The notes below the pieces were generated by a model. It did no database searches, had not been told where the DNA came from, and saw nothing but the letters and a program-made list of their open reading frames with translations. A DNA stretch of 64,000 bases from Octopus vulgaris (taxonomy: Eukaryota), in assembly GCA_951406725.2 (NCBI GenBank), contig OX597815.1:88040001-88104000 (forward strand). The letters are read 5' to 3'. Below are positions 39,283 through 51,440 of this stretch, one piece after another. Every line of letters starts with the position of its first letter. Positions within the stretch are counted from its first letter, which is position 1. Position numbers and translations under genes: made by a program.

Positions 39283-40479
39283 ATGTGATACACCATGCAC
39301 CTGTTTGGACAATGTCAATTTGATGGAGGGAGTGATCTAATGTATGGCACATACATTTGATCACTATAAACAAATTATTTGTGCTGGTTGTTCAGCACAT
39401 GTTGTCTTTTATAGGAGAGTCCATCATATGCATATTTATTTATATATATATCATCACCATCATCAATAATATGTCCACTTCTCCATTCTAGTATGGGTTT
39501 AGGCTAGACTTCTTGAGGCTATATTTATAGCTGGATTCCCATCTTGATGCCGACCTGCTTTGTTTTATTGTTACAGCACTTATTCTGTGTACTTGTATGT
39601 ATGAATGCATTCACACGCACACTCACACAGATATTGAATGCCTGTCTGTTGAGGGATAGCATTGAATCAGTCCATATACATTCACTCTCCCCCTTAGCAT
39701 TACCCCTTCTGTATTGTTAGCCATCACTTTCTCTTCCTTCATTTTCTCCTCCTTTATCTTTTAGTTCTCTTTTATTATTCTCTGTTGCCCTCTTGCTTTT
39801 GCTCTCACAGCACTCTCTTTTCTGTTTACTAGGAATAAAATAACCTTATATTGATAAATGGATGAAAACAATGTGGGATACAAATAACTCTTTAGCCTTG
39901 TTGGGAACAAGACAACCTCTCCAGTGTTGGTGTCACAATAAAATGCACTCAGTACACTCTGTGAAGTTGTTGGCGGCTGGAAGTATCCAGTTATTGAAAC
40001 CATACCAAAACTAGTGCAATCAAGTGTGACTTTGTCACTAATCAGTTTAAGAAGGTAGTAACTCCAAATAAGGGCTAATTCAGTCTATTATGATCCATCC
40101 ACCCCATGCAGCTGTGAAGAGCAGATATATAATATAGTAATGATATGTGCCGATATATTACACTGGGAATGAAAGTTAAATCATAGAAACATTGAATGTG
40201 ATTACAGAGTCGCTGAAAGAGAACAACAAACATGTTGTTCCTAACATTATGTAAATATTTTATTGCTGATTCATATTCTGCTGGAAAAAGCTCTGTTTCT
40301 GTCATTGTAACATTCAGTAAAATAGGCTGGTTTGCAACTCAATGAAAGAAATAATTCAAGGTTTTTGTCTGAAAGCTCCAGTTTACCTGTATTGTTGCTG
40401 ATATTCATTGGTGAAAGTTATTTGCATATGAGTATATACTATGACCTCTCATACAATTTCTGAATTTCTTTCCACTTAC

Positions 40480-40593
40480 AATCTGAGGGTACGGTTAAAG
40501 ACATTTGTACAAGGTGCCATGAAGTGAAATCAAACCTGTGAACCATGTGGTTGTGAAACAAACTTGGTGACTACACAATCATGAATGCACCTA
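40480..40593 (-). mobile_element. 5' fragment of SINE family A
   Basis: GACATTTGTACAAGGTGCCATG..AACCATGTGGTTG..CTACACAATCATGAATGCACC; similar old fragments at 9060-9125, 54530-54690, 56505-56650 and 56990-57270. Confidence 0.65.
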
Positions 40594-41348
40594 TAAGTTA
40601 ACTTAGTTTTTCATCTCCTTGTTCATTGAGTTTCAAATAAAGTTGTTGTTTCTCATAATCCTTAGCACATCAGAAAAAGTGCCTCGCAGTATTTGTTTTG
40701 AGTTCAAATCCTGCTAAGATTAACTTTGCTTTTCTTCCATCTCAAGTTGATAAAATAAAGTATCAGTCAAGTATTGGGATTGACTTAATCAACCTTCTCA
40801 CCCCCAAATTTCTGACTTTGAGTCTATGTTAAAAATTATTGTTAGTATTGTGTGTGCATGCATGCATGAGTTTTGAATATATATATACATAATGTTCTTA
40901 GGTCACTCCATTTCCATTGTTTTATCTGTTTGGTATTGTACTGATATTATTGTGATAAGTTTCTGATAGAGCAGTGTTTACTTCATGATAATGATAATGA
41001 TGATACATATGTGGATGATACAAACGCTGGCAATGAAACTAAAATTATAGCAACATGACTGAGATTGTAGAATGAATGACAAAGAAAAACAAACACATTA
41101 CTCCTAACCTCATGTATATACTTTATTGTTGATTCACATCCTACTGGGATAAGCTTTGTATTTCATCCGTCTGGCATTCGGTAAAACAGGCCAGTCATTA
41201 ATTCATTGTATGGCAATGAATCTCTGATTTATTTAAAGAAACCAAGTCTGCAATCCAGTTTCAGTTCCTAACTGAAGCTGGAAACTGAATATAATATAAC
41301 AAAAACATGAATATTAACATTCCATCATAAATATTTCAAATATATTTT

Positions 41349-41498
41349 TCATCATCATCATCATTGTTTAACATCCGTTTTCCATGCTGGCATGGGTTGG
41401 ATGGTTTGACTGAGGCCTGGCAAGCAAGTAGGTTGTACCAAGCTCCAATCTGATCTAGCAAGGTTTCAACAGCTGGATGCCAACCACTCCAAGAGTGT
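41349..41498 (-). mobile_element. RTE 3' tail
   Basis: (CAT)n-TGTTTAACATCCGTTTTCCATGCTGGCATGGGTTGGATGG. Confidence 0.85.
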
Positions 41499-43035
41499 CT
41501 GTAATAATTAGTATTGTCATTATTTTGTCTTTCATCCCTCCAGGGTTGATGGAGTAAAATACCAGTCAAATAGTGGGGTTGATGGTATCAACTAACCAAT
41601 TCTCTTTAAAATTTTAGGCCATGTACCATAATCAGAAACTACTATCAAATTCTGCTGAGGTCAACTTAGCTTTTCATCCTTTCAGGGTTGATAAAATAAA
41701 TACCAGTGAAACACTAGGGTTGATGTAATTGACTCATTCCCTCCCCCCAAGTGGCTGCTCTTGTGGCAAAATTTGAAACCATTATTATTATGATTAACAT
41801 TCAAAAGAAATCAATACACCATCTTCCTTATCATCACCACTACCATAACAACCATTATTTACACTTCATCACTTAACTTACATACAACTATATTTAATCA
41901 AGTACAAATATGATTAAGAGAAATGGCTGGTAGAATCAGTTGAAAATTAGACAAAATGCCTTGTGGTATTTAGTTATGTTCCTTTACATTCTGAGGTTAA
42001 ATTACACTGAGATCAACTTAACCTTTCATCCTTTTGGAGCCAATAAAATAAGTACTAGTCTAGTACAAGAGTTGGTTGAATCAACTATATCCTTTCTCCG
42101 CCATTATCTGGCAATGTCAGTTAGAAAGAATTATTGTAATTATTGTTTAAAAAAGCATCAAACTGCTGCTACCATTACTATATTCCTTCATTTACAAATA
42201 GCTACATCTCAAAATTACAATCTTCGTCTTCAGAAAGGATAGAATGCCTTGTATTTATTCCAACTCTGCATTCTGAGTTCAAATTCTGCCATGGCCTACT
42301 TGGGTTGTAAAAGCAATCCATCTTCTGATTTAATATCATCATCTGATCCTTGGCAAGTCTCTGGTTTCAGGATAATTATTCTAACCTCCACCCATCTCTC
42401 TTAAAGACCTCAAAAATGGTAATGAACAGGGCTTTTCCTCTTGGCTAACCAATAAAAACAATGATATATGTATTAAAATAGCTTGTTTTATGCAATGCTT
42501 AAAATTTAGTATCTACTAAAAATTGATCCAGATGATTCCTCATGTTAATAAAGGTGTGAAAAGAATTAACAGATGTTATTATGAATGTGGTACAAGTTAA
42601 ACTAAAATCCAAGTATCTAGTGACATGGTAAAAGAAAAAGAATAATAAATGAAATAATTTTTTTTTTAAAATCATAATTAAGCATTCATTCATGTAGGCA
42701 TAGTCTTTGGAAATGGAATTTGTAACCCTTGCCTTCCTTTCACTGTTTGTTTTTTGTCTACATATTTGTCTACTGTTTTGTCTCTATATGTCTTTGTCTC
42801 TCCTTTTTTTAAGCACAATATCATTTACAAATTACATTTCCTGTTGTGCAAAATTTTTCCATTTTTTTTTTTTTTAATATCTTTTAACGGAATTCAGTTT
42901 TTGGGAAAATATATTTCCTGGTCTTCATCTTTCAAATATCCAATTTTATTTGCTCATTTACATTATTGCATCTCTTTCAATCTCTCCAATAGAAGTATAA
43001 AACTAAGAGTTGCAATAGAAGGGAGGCTCAGCTTT

Positions 43036-43108
<73 letters not shown>

Positions 43109-43343
43109 TATAAGATCCAGGAATCGAGATGTAGGAAGAAAGTTAGCTTCAAGCAATCCATAGTAAATATAAAAAAACAACTTTCAGAGACAATAAGTGG
43201 TCTATTGTGACAAGGTTGTAGATTTTTTTCATATCGAAGTATGATAAACTGAAAAAAGTTCTTTTTATATTTCACGGTAGGTGACTAGGGTTGCCAGGTG
43301 TGCAAATAAGAATACAAGAGTTGCAGAATAGAGTAGATAAGAT

Positions 43344-43433
43344 CCAGGCTAGATATATTTCATAGTGAGCGGAACCTCAGAAGTGGTAAATATCCAAGTA
43401 AGATGTATACTGCAGGCTACTCTTCAGACCAAG
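43344..43433 (-). ncRNA. Putative type I hammerhead ribozyme (left arm)
   Basis: Reverse strand CTTGGT-CTGAAGA-GTAG...CTAT-GAAA-TATATC-TA-GCCTGG; stem III is degenerate. Confidence 0.45.
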
Positions 43434-44035
43434 GATATCTTGATTAAATGAAAGTTTACCTTGTCGCAAGGAGGTACATGTTAACGCATAGAAGATTCAA
43501 TCATAATGTGTAGAAAGCACAGTAGGAGAGGAGAATATAAATCTAGAGAGAAATAAGTGTTAAAAGAAGAAAATATAAGGGAGTGAGTGGGATGAGGAAT
43601 TTAAGCAAGTTCATTTGATCAGTAGTATTCAGTAGGGCTGTTTTGGCTGAATCACAGAAATTAGCAAGGGGAGTGATATTTGAAAAGAAGAAAATGTGGA
43701 GGATAGAGGGTATGGAGATATTTTTGATCAAGGGGGAGAAAAATATATATGCATGAAGAAAGCAAAAAAGAAGGGAGAAGAATCGTAAAAGCTACTATAA
43801 CTACATATATATTGGCTCATGTAGCACCACCTTCAAAGCTAGAGCGAGCAACCACTGCTCCAGTTTCAAGTCCCAAACAAAATCACTCCCTTATATTTTC
43901 TTCTTTTAATACTTATTTTTCTTTAGATTTATATTCTCCTCTCCTACTGTGCTTTCTATACATTCTGATTGAATCTTCCATGTGTTAACATGTACCTCCT
44001 TGTGACAAGGTAAACTTTCATTTAATCAAGATATC

Positions 44036-44125
44036 CTTTGCCTGAAGAGTAGCCTGTGGTGTACACCTCATTTGGATATTTACCACTTCTGAGGTTCCGC
44101 TCATTATGAAACATATGTAGCCCAG
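44036..44125 (+). ncRNA. Putative type I hammerhead ribozyme (right arm)
   Basis: CTGAAGA (44042-44048), stem II GTAG/TTAT with inner ACCTCA/TGAGGT, GAAA (44108-44111), palindromic stem III ACATATGT, GUA triplet 44117-44119; stem I is short. Confidence 0.55.
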
Positions 44126-44163
44126 ATCTTATCTACTCCATTCCGTAACTCTTAAATATTTCT

Positions 44164-44215
<52 letters not shown>

Positions 44216-44361
44216 GTGTGTATGTGTTTGAAAATCATAGTATGCTTGTATAAAAATCAGAAACTTTACCATAATGTGTGTAACTTCATACCTGTAAATA
44301 CATGCATGTACTGGTCTATGAGTTACAGAAATGTCAATGCATACATCACCATAGACACTGC

Positions 44362-44409
<48 letters not shown>

Positions 44410-44411
<2 letters not shown>

Positions 44412-45068
44412 AATCATTATTTAAGATCTGTTTTCCATACTGGCATGGGTTGGACTGCTTGACATCCAACCAGCTAAAAGACTGTTCAGGCTCCCTGTCT
44501 GTTTTGACACAGTTTCTATGGCTGGATACCTTTCCTAACCTAAAACACTTTACAGAGAGTGTATTGGGTGCTTTTATGCAGCACAAGCATGGATGCTTTT
44601 TTATGTGGCACAAGCATCTACAAGCTCATGAGATTAGGAATGCTCAGCTGGAGTGGGTTGCAGGGGATGAGCCTGTATGTAATAGCAACCACACTTCTAC
44701 TTTGATAGATGTGCCTTTTCAAGTATAGCAAACTGCCAGGAGTCTCAGTCATCCCCTCTGTTAGTCCCAATGTCTGTAGATCCTTTCTCACCACTTTGTC
44801 TTACATCTTCCTGGGCCCACCCCTTCCACATGTTCCCCTTACAATTTGAGATCAGCATCTCTTGATGCAGCTACCTTCATTCATATGCATTACATGGCCA
44901 TACCAGCACAGTCTTCTCTCTTGCACACTACATCTGATGCCTCTTATACTCAGTTTTTCTCTCAAATTCCTTACACTCTGTCAAATATGCACACTGATAT
45001 TACCCACCCAGCAAAGCATACTGGTTTCATTTCTTTCAAATCTTCACATATCCTTAGGAGATACAGCC
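44410..45068 (-). mobile_element. RTE LINE 3' fragment interrupted by the MULE (resumes 46863-46892)
   Basis: Matches 20130-20990; TTCACATATCCTTAGGAGATACAGCC joins CATGTCTCTTTCATTGCTATG across the MULE. Confidence 0.8.
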
Positions 45069-46862
45069 CGGTATTAGGACAAAAATCCCCCAGTGGTTAA
45101 TATTACACCACAGAAATATTGATGAATTACCTTGATTGTTATAAATTGATGAATTGCTTTTTCTTTTTTTTTAACTTCTTACTAAAATAGTAGTACAGTC
45201 GCTTGCTTGTTTTATTTATTTTTTATGACTTGTATTGTTGTCCTCAAGGCAGTGAAGAATATTTTTTTTTATAAATCCACTTAACTTCCACCCTTAGAAG
45301 ATGGAGCTAGTGAAGTGTAACAAAAGGAAGTTGGAATTATTTGGTGAGGGATATATTTATGTAAAGCAGGAAGATTTGGCAAATGGTGGGGTATCTTATG
45401 AATGTGAATGACAGAGGTCTAAGGCATCATGTAAAGCAAAGGTAAAAATTGCAGCAAGGTGAGATTATCAAACAATTATATAGTCACACATGCACACCAG
45501 ATACACCAAAGTGTGGAGCTGCAAAAGTGTTTCAAGAAATTAAAAAACATACTACAGAAACTGAAGAGGCTATACAACAAATCATTGCCAAAGTTTGTAC
45601 ATCTATATCGGAAGAGGTAGCTACAGAAATACCTTACTTCCATATCTTTTGACAAGATGTAAGACGCTATAGAAGAAAAGGAACTGTTTACCGTTGCCAT
45701 CATGTACTCAAGATCTTATACCTGAAAACTGTGTAAAAAAGCCAATGGGGAAAATTTTTTGTTGCATGATTCAACATTTGATAGTAAGAGGATTTTGATA
45801 TTTGGAATGGCTAAAAGCATAGAATTTCTAAAAAATTCTCCTCATTGATGTCTTGATGGAACATTTAAAGTAGTTCCTGAGATTTTTAGCCAGTTGTATA
45901 TGATACATGCCATAGTAGATTAACACACTATGCCCTGCATATATGAACTCTTACTGGACAAGATAACTTGTAACAAATTAATACAGGAAGTAAAGAACTT
46001 AGCAAATTGCGCCCCTGTGAGTGCAGTGATAGATTTTGAAAAGGAATGCCAAATACTTTATTTGTGCACTTTCTTGAAACTGATGTTAAAGGTTGCTTCT
46101 TTTATTTGTGTCAAAATATATATAGGAAAACACAGGGGTTTGGCTTTCAAAAGCATTATCAAGACAATACTGACTTTTCTCTCAAAATTAGAATGGTAGC
46201 AGCCTTTGCCTTTATACCTCCTGAATCTGTTCAGGCAGCTTTTGCAAAGCTCTATGATATTATGTCAGAAGAAGCTTTGCCAGTTTTGGATTACTGCAAA
46301 GATTCTTATATTGGCAAGCCATGTCGATGAGGATGCTGAGAACCAACATTTAACACATCTCTTTGGAATATGCACACAAGAACAAACACTAAACTTCATC
46401 ACTCAAACAATTCTTTTGAAGGATGGCACCGGCATTTTGTATCATTTGCCAGGTGTTCCCATTCAGTCATCTGGAAGTTTATGAGTATTTTAGAACAAGA
46501 AATTAACTTTCAAAATGTTCAAATGACTCAGATTATTGTTGGTATCACTACTAAACCACCAAGAAAGAAATATGAGGATGCAGCATCATGAATTTTATCA
46601 GTTGAGCAAAAATACCAAAAAACAACATATTTAGATTTTCTTAGAGGCATTGCATTTAATTTAGGATTTTAAATAAATGTTTGGCATTTTCATATGAAGT
46701 TTCTCAGCTACTATATCTATTCCTAAATTTTACACAAAAATATCAACTAATAAATATTTTAAATTTTTTTATAAAATTTCACTTTCCTAAAATATTTTTA
46801 TTGTAAAGAAAGAAGAATGCCCTGGGGGATTTTGTCCTCAGGGAGATTTTGTCCTAGTACTG
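45069..46862 (+). mobile_element. Mutator-like (MULE) DNA transposon, near full length, inactivated
   Basis: TIRs CGGTATTAGGACAAAAATCCCCC / GGGAGATTTTGTCCTAGTACTG; TSD ATACAGCC (45061-45068) / ACACAGCC (46863-46870). Confidence 0.9.
45301..46672 (+). pseudogene. MULE transposase pseudogene with N-terminal FLYWCH-like zinc finger
   Basis: MELVKCNKRKLELFGEGYIYVKQ..YECE*..CKAKV..HTC; LDGTFKVVPEIFSQLYMIHA; VIDFEK; VKGCFFYLCQNIYRK; SNNSFEGWH; multiple stops and frameshifts (ORFs 45449, 45930, 46046, 46370). Confidence 0.88.
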
Positions 46863-47047
46863 ACACAGCCCATGTCTCTTTCATTGCTATGTGAAACTTA
46901 ATATTCACAATCAATGTGAAACTTAATTCGTCTAATACTTTTTCTTGCTCAGTGAAAAGTAAAATATTAAAAATTGTACTATAACAAGGTAAAAATACTT
47001 TCTGTATTAACAAAGCTGCATTTGTATGTAGGTGCAAGAACAGCCTT

Positions 47048-47263
47048 GTGCTAATGTGCAAATATCGGCAGTTTGCAGTGAATGGGCATTGTAAAAACTG
47101 TATAACTATCACAACTTTGTACGAGTAAAAGCAGAGAATATATATAATATGGATTAATTTCCGAAGGCATTTAAAAAATTGAAAATTGCATGACTGCCTC
47201 AAAGAAGTGCTAACATGCAAATATCTGCAGTTTGCAGTGAATGGACATTGTAAAAACTGTAGT
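47048..47263. repeat. ~57-bp direct repeat pair (47048-47104, 47207-47263)
   Basis: GTGCTAA..TGCAAATATC.GCAGTTTGCAGTGAATGG.CATTGTAAAAACTGTA occurs twice. Confidence 0.9.
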
Positions 47264-47530
47264 AGCAGACGTAGTGAGAGAAGCATAACTACATCATCAA
47301 GAGTAATGTCCCTTGAAGTAATGACCGTTGGTATTTGTTAATTACCTATGAGAAAGTGTTTTCGGCCCCTAGGGGCAGCATTACTCGTGGAAAATTTGAA
47401 GAATCTATGACCATCTCTGGAACATAAGTGATGTATGTTCCCAGCATGAACAAAATTGGATGAAAAATATTGATGTTAAGGGGGATCAAGAAAAAGGCCT
47501 GTACACACACACACACATTTTCCATTTTAT

Positions 47531-47603
<73 letters not shown>

Positions 47604-49081
47604 TTATAAATCTTTTTTTGTTGTTAATTGACAAAGTGGCTTAGAAAATATATATTACTTTTTAGATACTGGATATTTAGATAATTCAGGCATATTTTGT
47701 TTGCAAAGAGAAGTTGAGAGTAAAGTGAAGACAGAACTGTCTGCTTCTGCCACCATTTTTGTTGTTGGTGATGACGATCTATGGGTGGGATAAAGAACTA
47801 TTTCAGATAATATAGTTAATTTTCATGTCATGTTTTTTTAATTAATTTATCCTTATTTGAGTCATTAATAGAGAGCTGAACTTTGAGAATGTGCATATGT
47901 ATGTGTATATGCATGTGTGCATATGCGTGTGTGTATATGCATGTGTGTGTAGTTTGGCAGTCATTACTAACCGCTTAGCTAACACATTTCCCATTCATTT
48001 TTGCACTCACGAAATTCACAAAGACATCTTGATGACAATCCACACTAAAAAACATCTTGTGACTATTGAAGGGACACTCTGTCTCAAAGGAGAACTGATC
48101 CTGTCTGCATTAGGGCTTGCTGTTTTCAACATTTTTTAAGAAAACACTTTATTGTTTCTGTTACTTTAAATTATCTATTGTTGTCTTGGCTGACATGAGA
48201 TATACTGAAATTAGTCTGACCAGGAAATAGTTATCAGAAAATTTTCTGGAAGTGTTACAATTTCTTCATTGTTGCATTCTTTCTTTTTCTTACTTGCTGT
48301 TGCCAGAAACTACTGCTGTGCACTGGAGATTATTTCCAGTGTTTCATGCATTAGCAAGTTTAGAGACGTTATTTTCCCTGTTTAGAATACTAGGCTGTTG
48401 TTGATGTTGTAAAAGTCCAGATAGTTAATGTTCAGCTTAAACTTGTTCACTTAGATGTCTGCTGGGAAAAATGTGAGGATTGTGAGAGCTTCTAAGTATT
48501 GCAGTTTTGAAGTGGAAGGGTCAAGAAATTGTTTAGTATGAGAGTATGGGCTCAGTAACATGAAAAAAAGAAAGAAAGAAAAGGAACAGAAAGTACACAG
48601 GTTGAGCAAATGTCCTTAAGAAGTTCTGAGCAAGCAAATAAAGTATTTTTATGATTCGGTTTCTGAATGTTGTTTTTCCCGGGAGCACTCTGCCTGAATG
48701 TTGCCAGAACATGAACTACTGATATGTCAGCTGCTTAGCTGGTTCTCCAGTGACTCCGCAGAGATCTTTAGTGTTGGCCATCTGTCAATTGAAAAACTGG
48801 TTTAAGTTTCCCATGTAGTTCTCTGAATGTAAAACAATCTGCAAGATGATTACTCGGTATGCTTGGATATTTGACAACTTTGAATAGAGGGCAACATTCA
48901 TTTTACTAAAGAAAATTATTTAAATGCTTTGTAGACTTGGTATAATCTCAAATAAAATGTGCCTTTGCTTTTTTTTTTTTTTTAGAGGTCACTAGAAAAA
49001 AGACAATACATTGAAACATATTCCATCACTTCCATCATGGTCAAGAAGATAAATGCTAGTACCATATTGGAGTTCAGTTAT

Positions 49082-49309
49082 TTAACCCTTTAGTATTTAA
49101 ACCGGCCATACCAGGCCAAAATTGTCTTCCTGTTATATGCTCAAACCAGCCAGCTCTGACCTCTCACACCTACCCTACAAAGTCATTCTAAAAATAAACA
49201 AGGACATCATCAAAATCTCAGAGTTACAAGATGCTGTACAATTAATTTAAAACAATGTGATTAAACAGGCTGTACATTTGACAGATTAATCTGAATGCTA
49301 AAGGGTTAA
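49082..49309. mobile_element. TTAA-flanked MITE (same family as 5743)
   Basis: TTAA-CCCTTTAGTATT ... AATGCTAAAGGG-TTAA. Confidence 0.85.
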
Positions 49310-49899
49310 CTCTACAGCTTTTGTCCTCTCTCACAAAACTAATATGGTGCATATGAAGATAACACCACTGCTCTCATCTGCAAATGCTTTGCAGTATTTA
49401 ATTATGTGTCGTTACATTTTGAGTTAAGATTGCATAAAATTCAGCTTTATCTTCATTTTTTGGGGTCATCAAAATAAGGCATTACTCATGTTATAGGATA
49501 GGTTTGACTGTACCCTTATCTCCAAATTTGAGGATTTGTATCTATGTTGGAAATTATTATTAGAATGGTGGATTGCCAGAATTGTTAGTCATATAAAAAT
49601 GTTTTTCAGTATAAGTTCCAGCTTTTTGTATTCAGAGTTCAAATACCATGAAGGATAACTTTGCCTTTCATTCTTTTGGGGTTAAAAAAAATAAAGTGCT
49701 AGTTTAGTACTGGGATCAATGTAATCAGATGTTATTGTCTCCTCAAAAATTGCTGTCTTTGTGTCTAAATTTGAAACAATTATTATTATAATTATTGAAG
49801 GATAGTGGTTAAGCAGAATTGTTAGGGCATTGGACAGACTTTCTTGTGGAATTTCTTTGTATTTTGATTTCAGTTCCTACCGAGATAAACTTTGGTATA

Positions 49900-51440
49900 G
49901 TACGCTTGTGATAGCAGTGCTGTGAATGGGTGACCTTGACTTTTGATGTAATAACTGTCACACCATGCAATGTCAGTTTGCTCTGGAACAATGTGTGCTA
50001 GTATGAGCATATGTATAATGCACTTGGCAATTTGTTGCAAATTAGATAATAAAGAATTTGGAAGAGAAACATGTTTCAGTGATGCTATGTTTCAATTTCT
50101 GAAATTTTTTTGGTGGGGTCACCAAGTCTTGCAAGTTACTTGGTGACCCCACCAGTGCTGGTACCATGTAAAAGCATCCAGTCCACACTGTAAAATGGTA
50201 AGCATTTGGAAGGGTACCCAGCTGCAAAAACATGCCAAAACAGACCTCACCAGTGTTGGTGCCACATAAAACGCACTCAGTCCACTTTGTGGAGTGATTG
50301 CCATTGGGAAGGGTATCCAGCCATAAAACCCATACCAAAACATGCAGTCAAGCCTGGCGCAGTCTTCTGCCTAGCCAGCTCCTGTCAAACTGTCCAGTCC
50401 ATGCCAGCATGGAAATGGATGTTAAATGATAATGATGATGAAATTTCTACTGTTGCAGTAAGCTTATGGGATAGATTGTTTGAACAATGTGCTGAATAGT
50501 AACAATGTTTCAAATTGGGAGGAATACCCACCAAAGTCAATCCCAAATTTGGACAACCTTCTATGACAATGGACTATGATTACATTTTGAAATTGTGTTG
50601 TGATCTATCCATGGAAATCATTATCTGACACTCTTTGAATGAAAATTCCAAAATAATTGGCATCTGAAAAAGTTCACAACTTATAGATTTAAAGGATAAA
50701 TTGAAGTTGCATGCTGTCACACAATTTGTGAGTACAACAATAAATGAGTCACAGTCTGTCAGGAGTTGTTTGATCATTCAAATGCTGTTGAAAACTTCTT
50801 GAAGACTGTCATAACAGGTAACAAAATGTTGGTGTATAGCTATGTTATTAAAATCAAAAACAATTGTGTTTATGGTTTGAATCATGCTTGCCACAGCCAA
50901 AAAAAAAAAGTACTCAGTGTCAGTCAAAGTTAGTGTTGCCTATTTTTTTCCATTTTTGGTTGGCACAAGTTTATATCGAGTGGTCAAACCTTTGAACGTT
51001 TTATTTTGATGTCTTGAGGTGTTTGAGAAAGACTTAGGATGAGAGCTAAGACAAAGACTGTCAAAACCAGGATGCTACACCATGATAATGCACCTGTTCA
51101 TGTATCATTCCTTATTCATGACTATTTAGTAAAGCATTAGATGACACTTATCCTTTAGCTGCCATACTGTCCAGATCTGACCTCTGTGGATTTGTTTCTG
51201 GCTCTGAAGTTGAAATCTGCTCTGAAAGGTCACTAATTTAGACAGACCAAAGAAAATTTACTCTAGGAACTGCACACTGTTTCTGAAAATGTATTCCAGG
51301 AGTCATTCCAAAACAAACATTAGGATCCATGTGTCAACAGTGGAAGAAACCATTTTGAAGACAAATCTGATTTAATTGTAAATTAAACATTAACTTTAGT
51401 TTTTAAAATATCTGGTTTCTTTTTGGACAGATTTTGTACA
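49900..51440 (+). mobile_element. Decayed mariner element split by an RTE tail
   Basis: LEEKHVSVMLCF (~50058), LLQ*AYGIDCL (~50446), NFLKTVITGNKMLVYSY (~50793), MLHHDNAPVH (~51072), PYCPDLTSVDLFLALKLKSALKG (~51162). Left boundary approximate. Confidence 0.8.
50138..50441 (+). mobile_element. RTE 3' tail (with a duplicated block) nested in the mariner
   Basis: Two GGAAGGGTA.CCAGC blocks, ends CATGCCAGCATGGAAATGGATGTTAAATGATAATGATGATG. Confidence 0.8.

Larger units (their letters stand above)
43113..44166. mobile_element. Penelope-like element remnant: 271-bp inverted repeats around a GIY-YIG fragment, between two (TA)n tracts
   Basis: Arms 43316-43586 and 43883-44153 are reverse complements; spacer encodes YIYIGSCSTTFKARASNHCSSFK from 43802 (+), matching the PLE endonuclease pattern YIGxTxxxFKxRxxxHxxSF. 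Confidence 0.75.

Noticed and set aside
44216-44728. 170-aa ORF, and other YIYIYI / HTHTHT ORFs such as 30088 and 42754
   Set aside because: Open only because they cross stop-free microsatellites and repeat tails.
46798-47286. 162-aa ORF with repeated QFLQCPFTANCRYLH motif
   Set aside because: Repeat reflects a 57-bp DNA duplication and the ORF runs through the MULE TIR and a LINE remnant.
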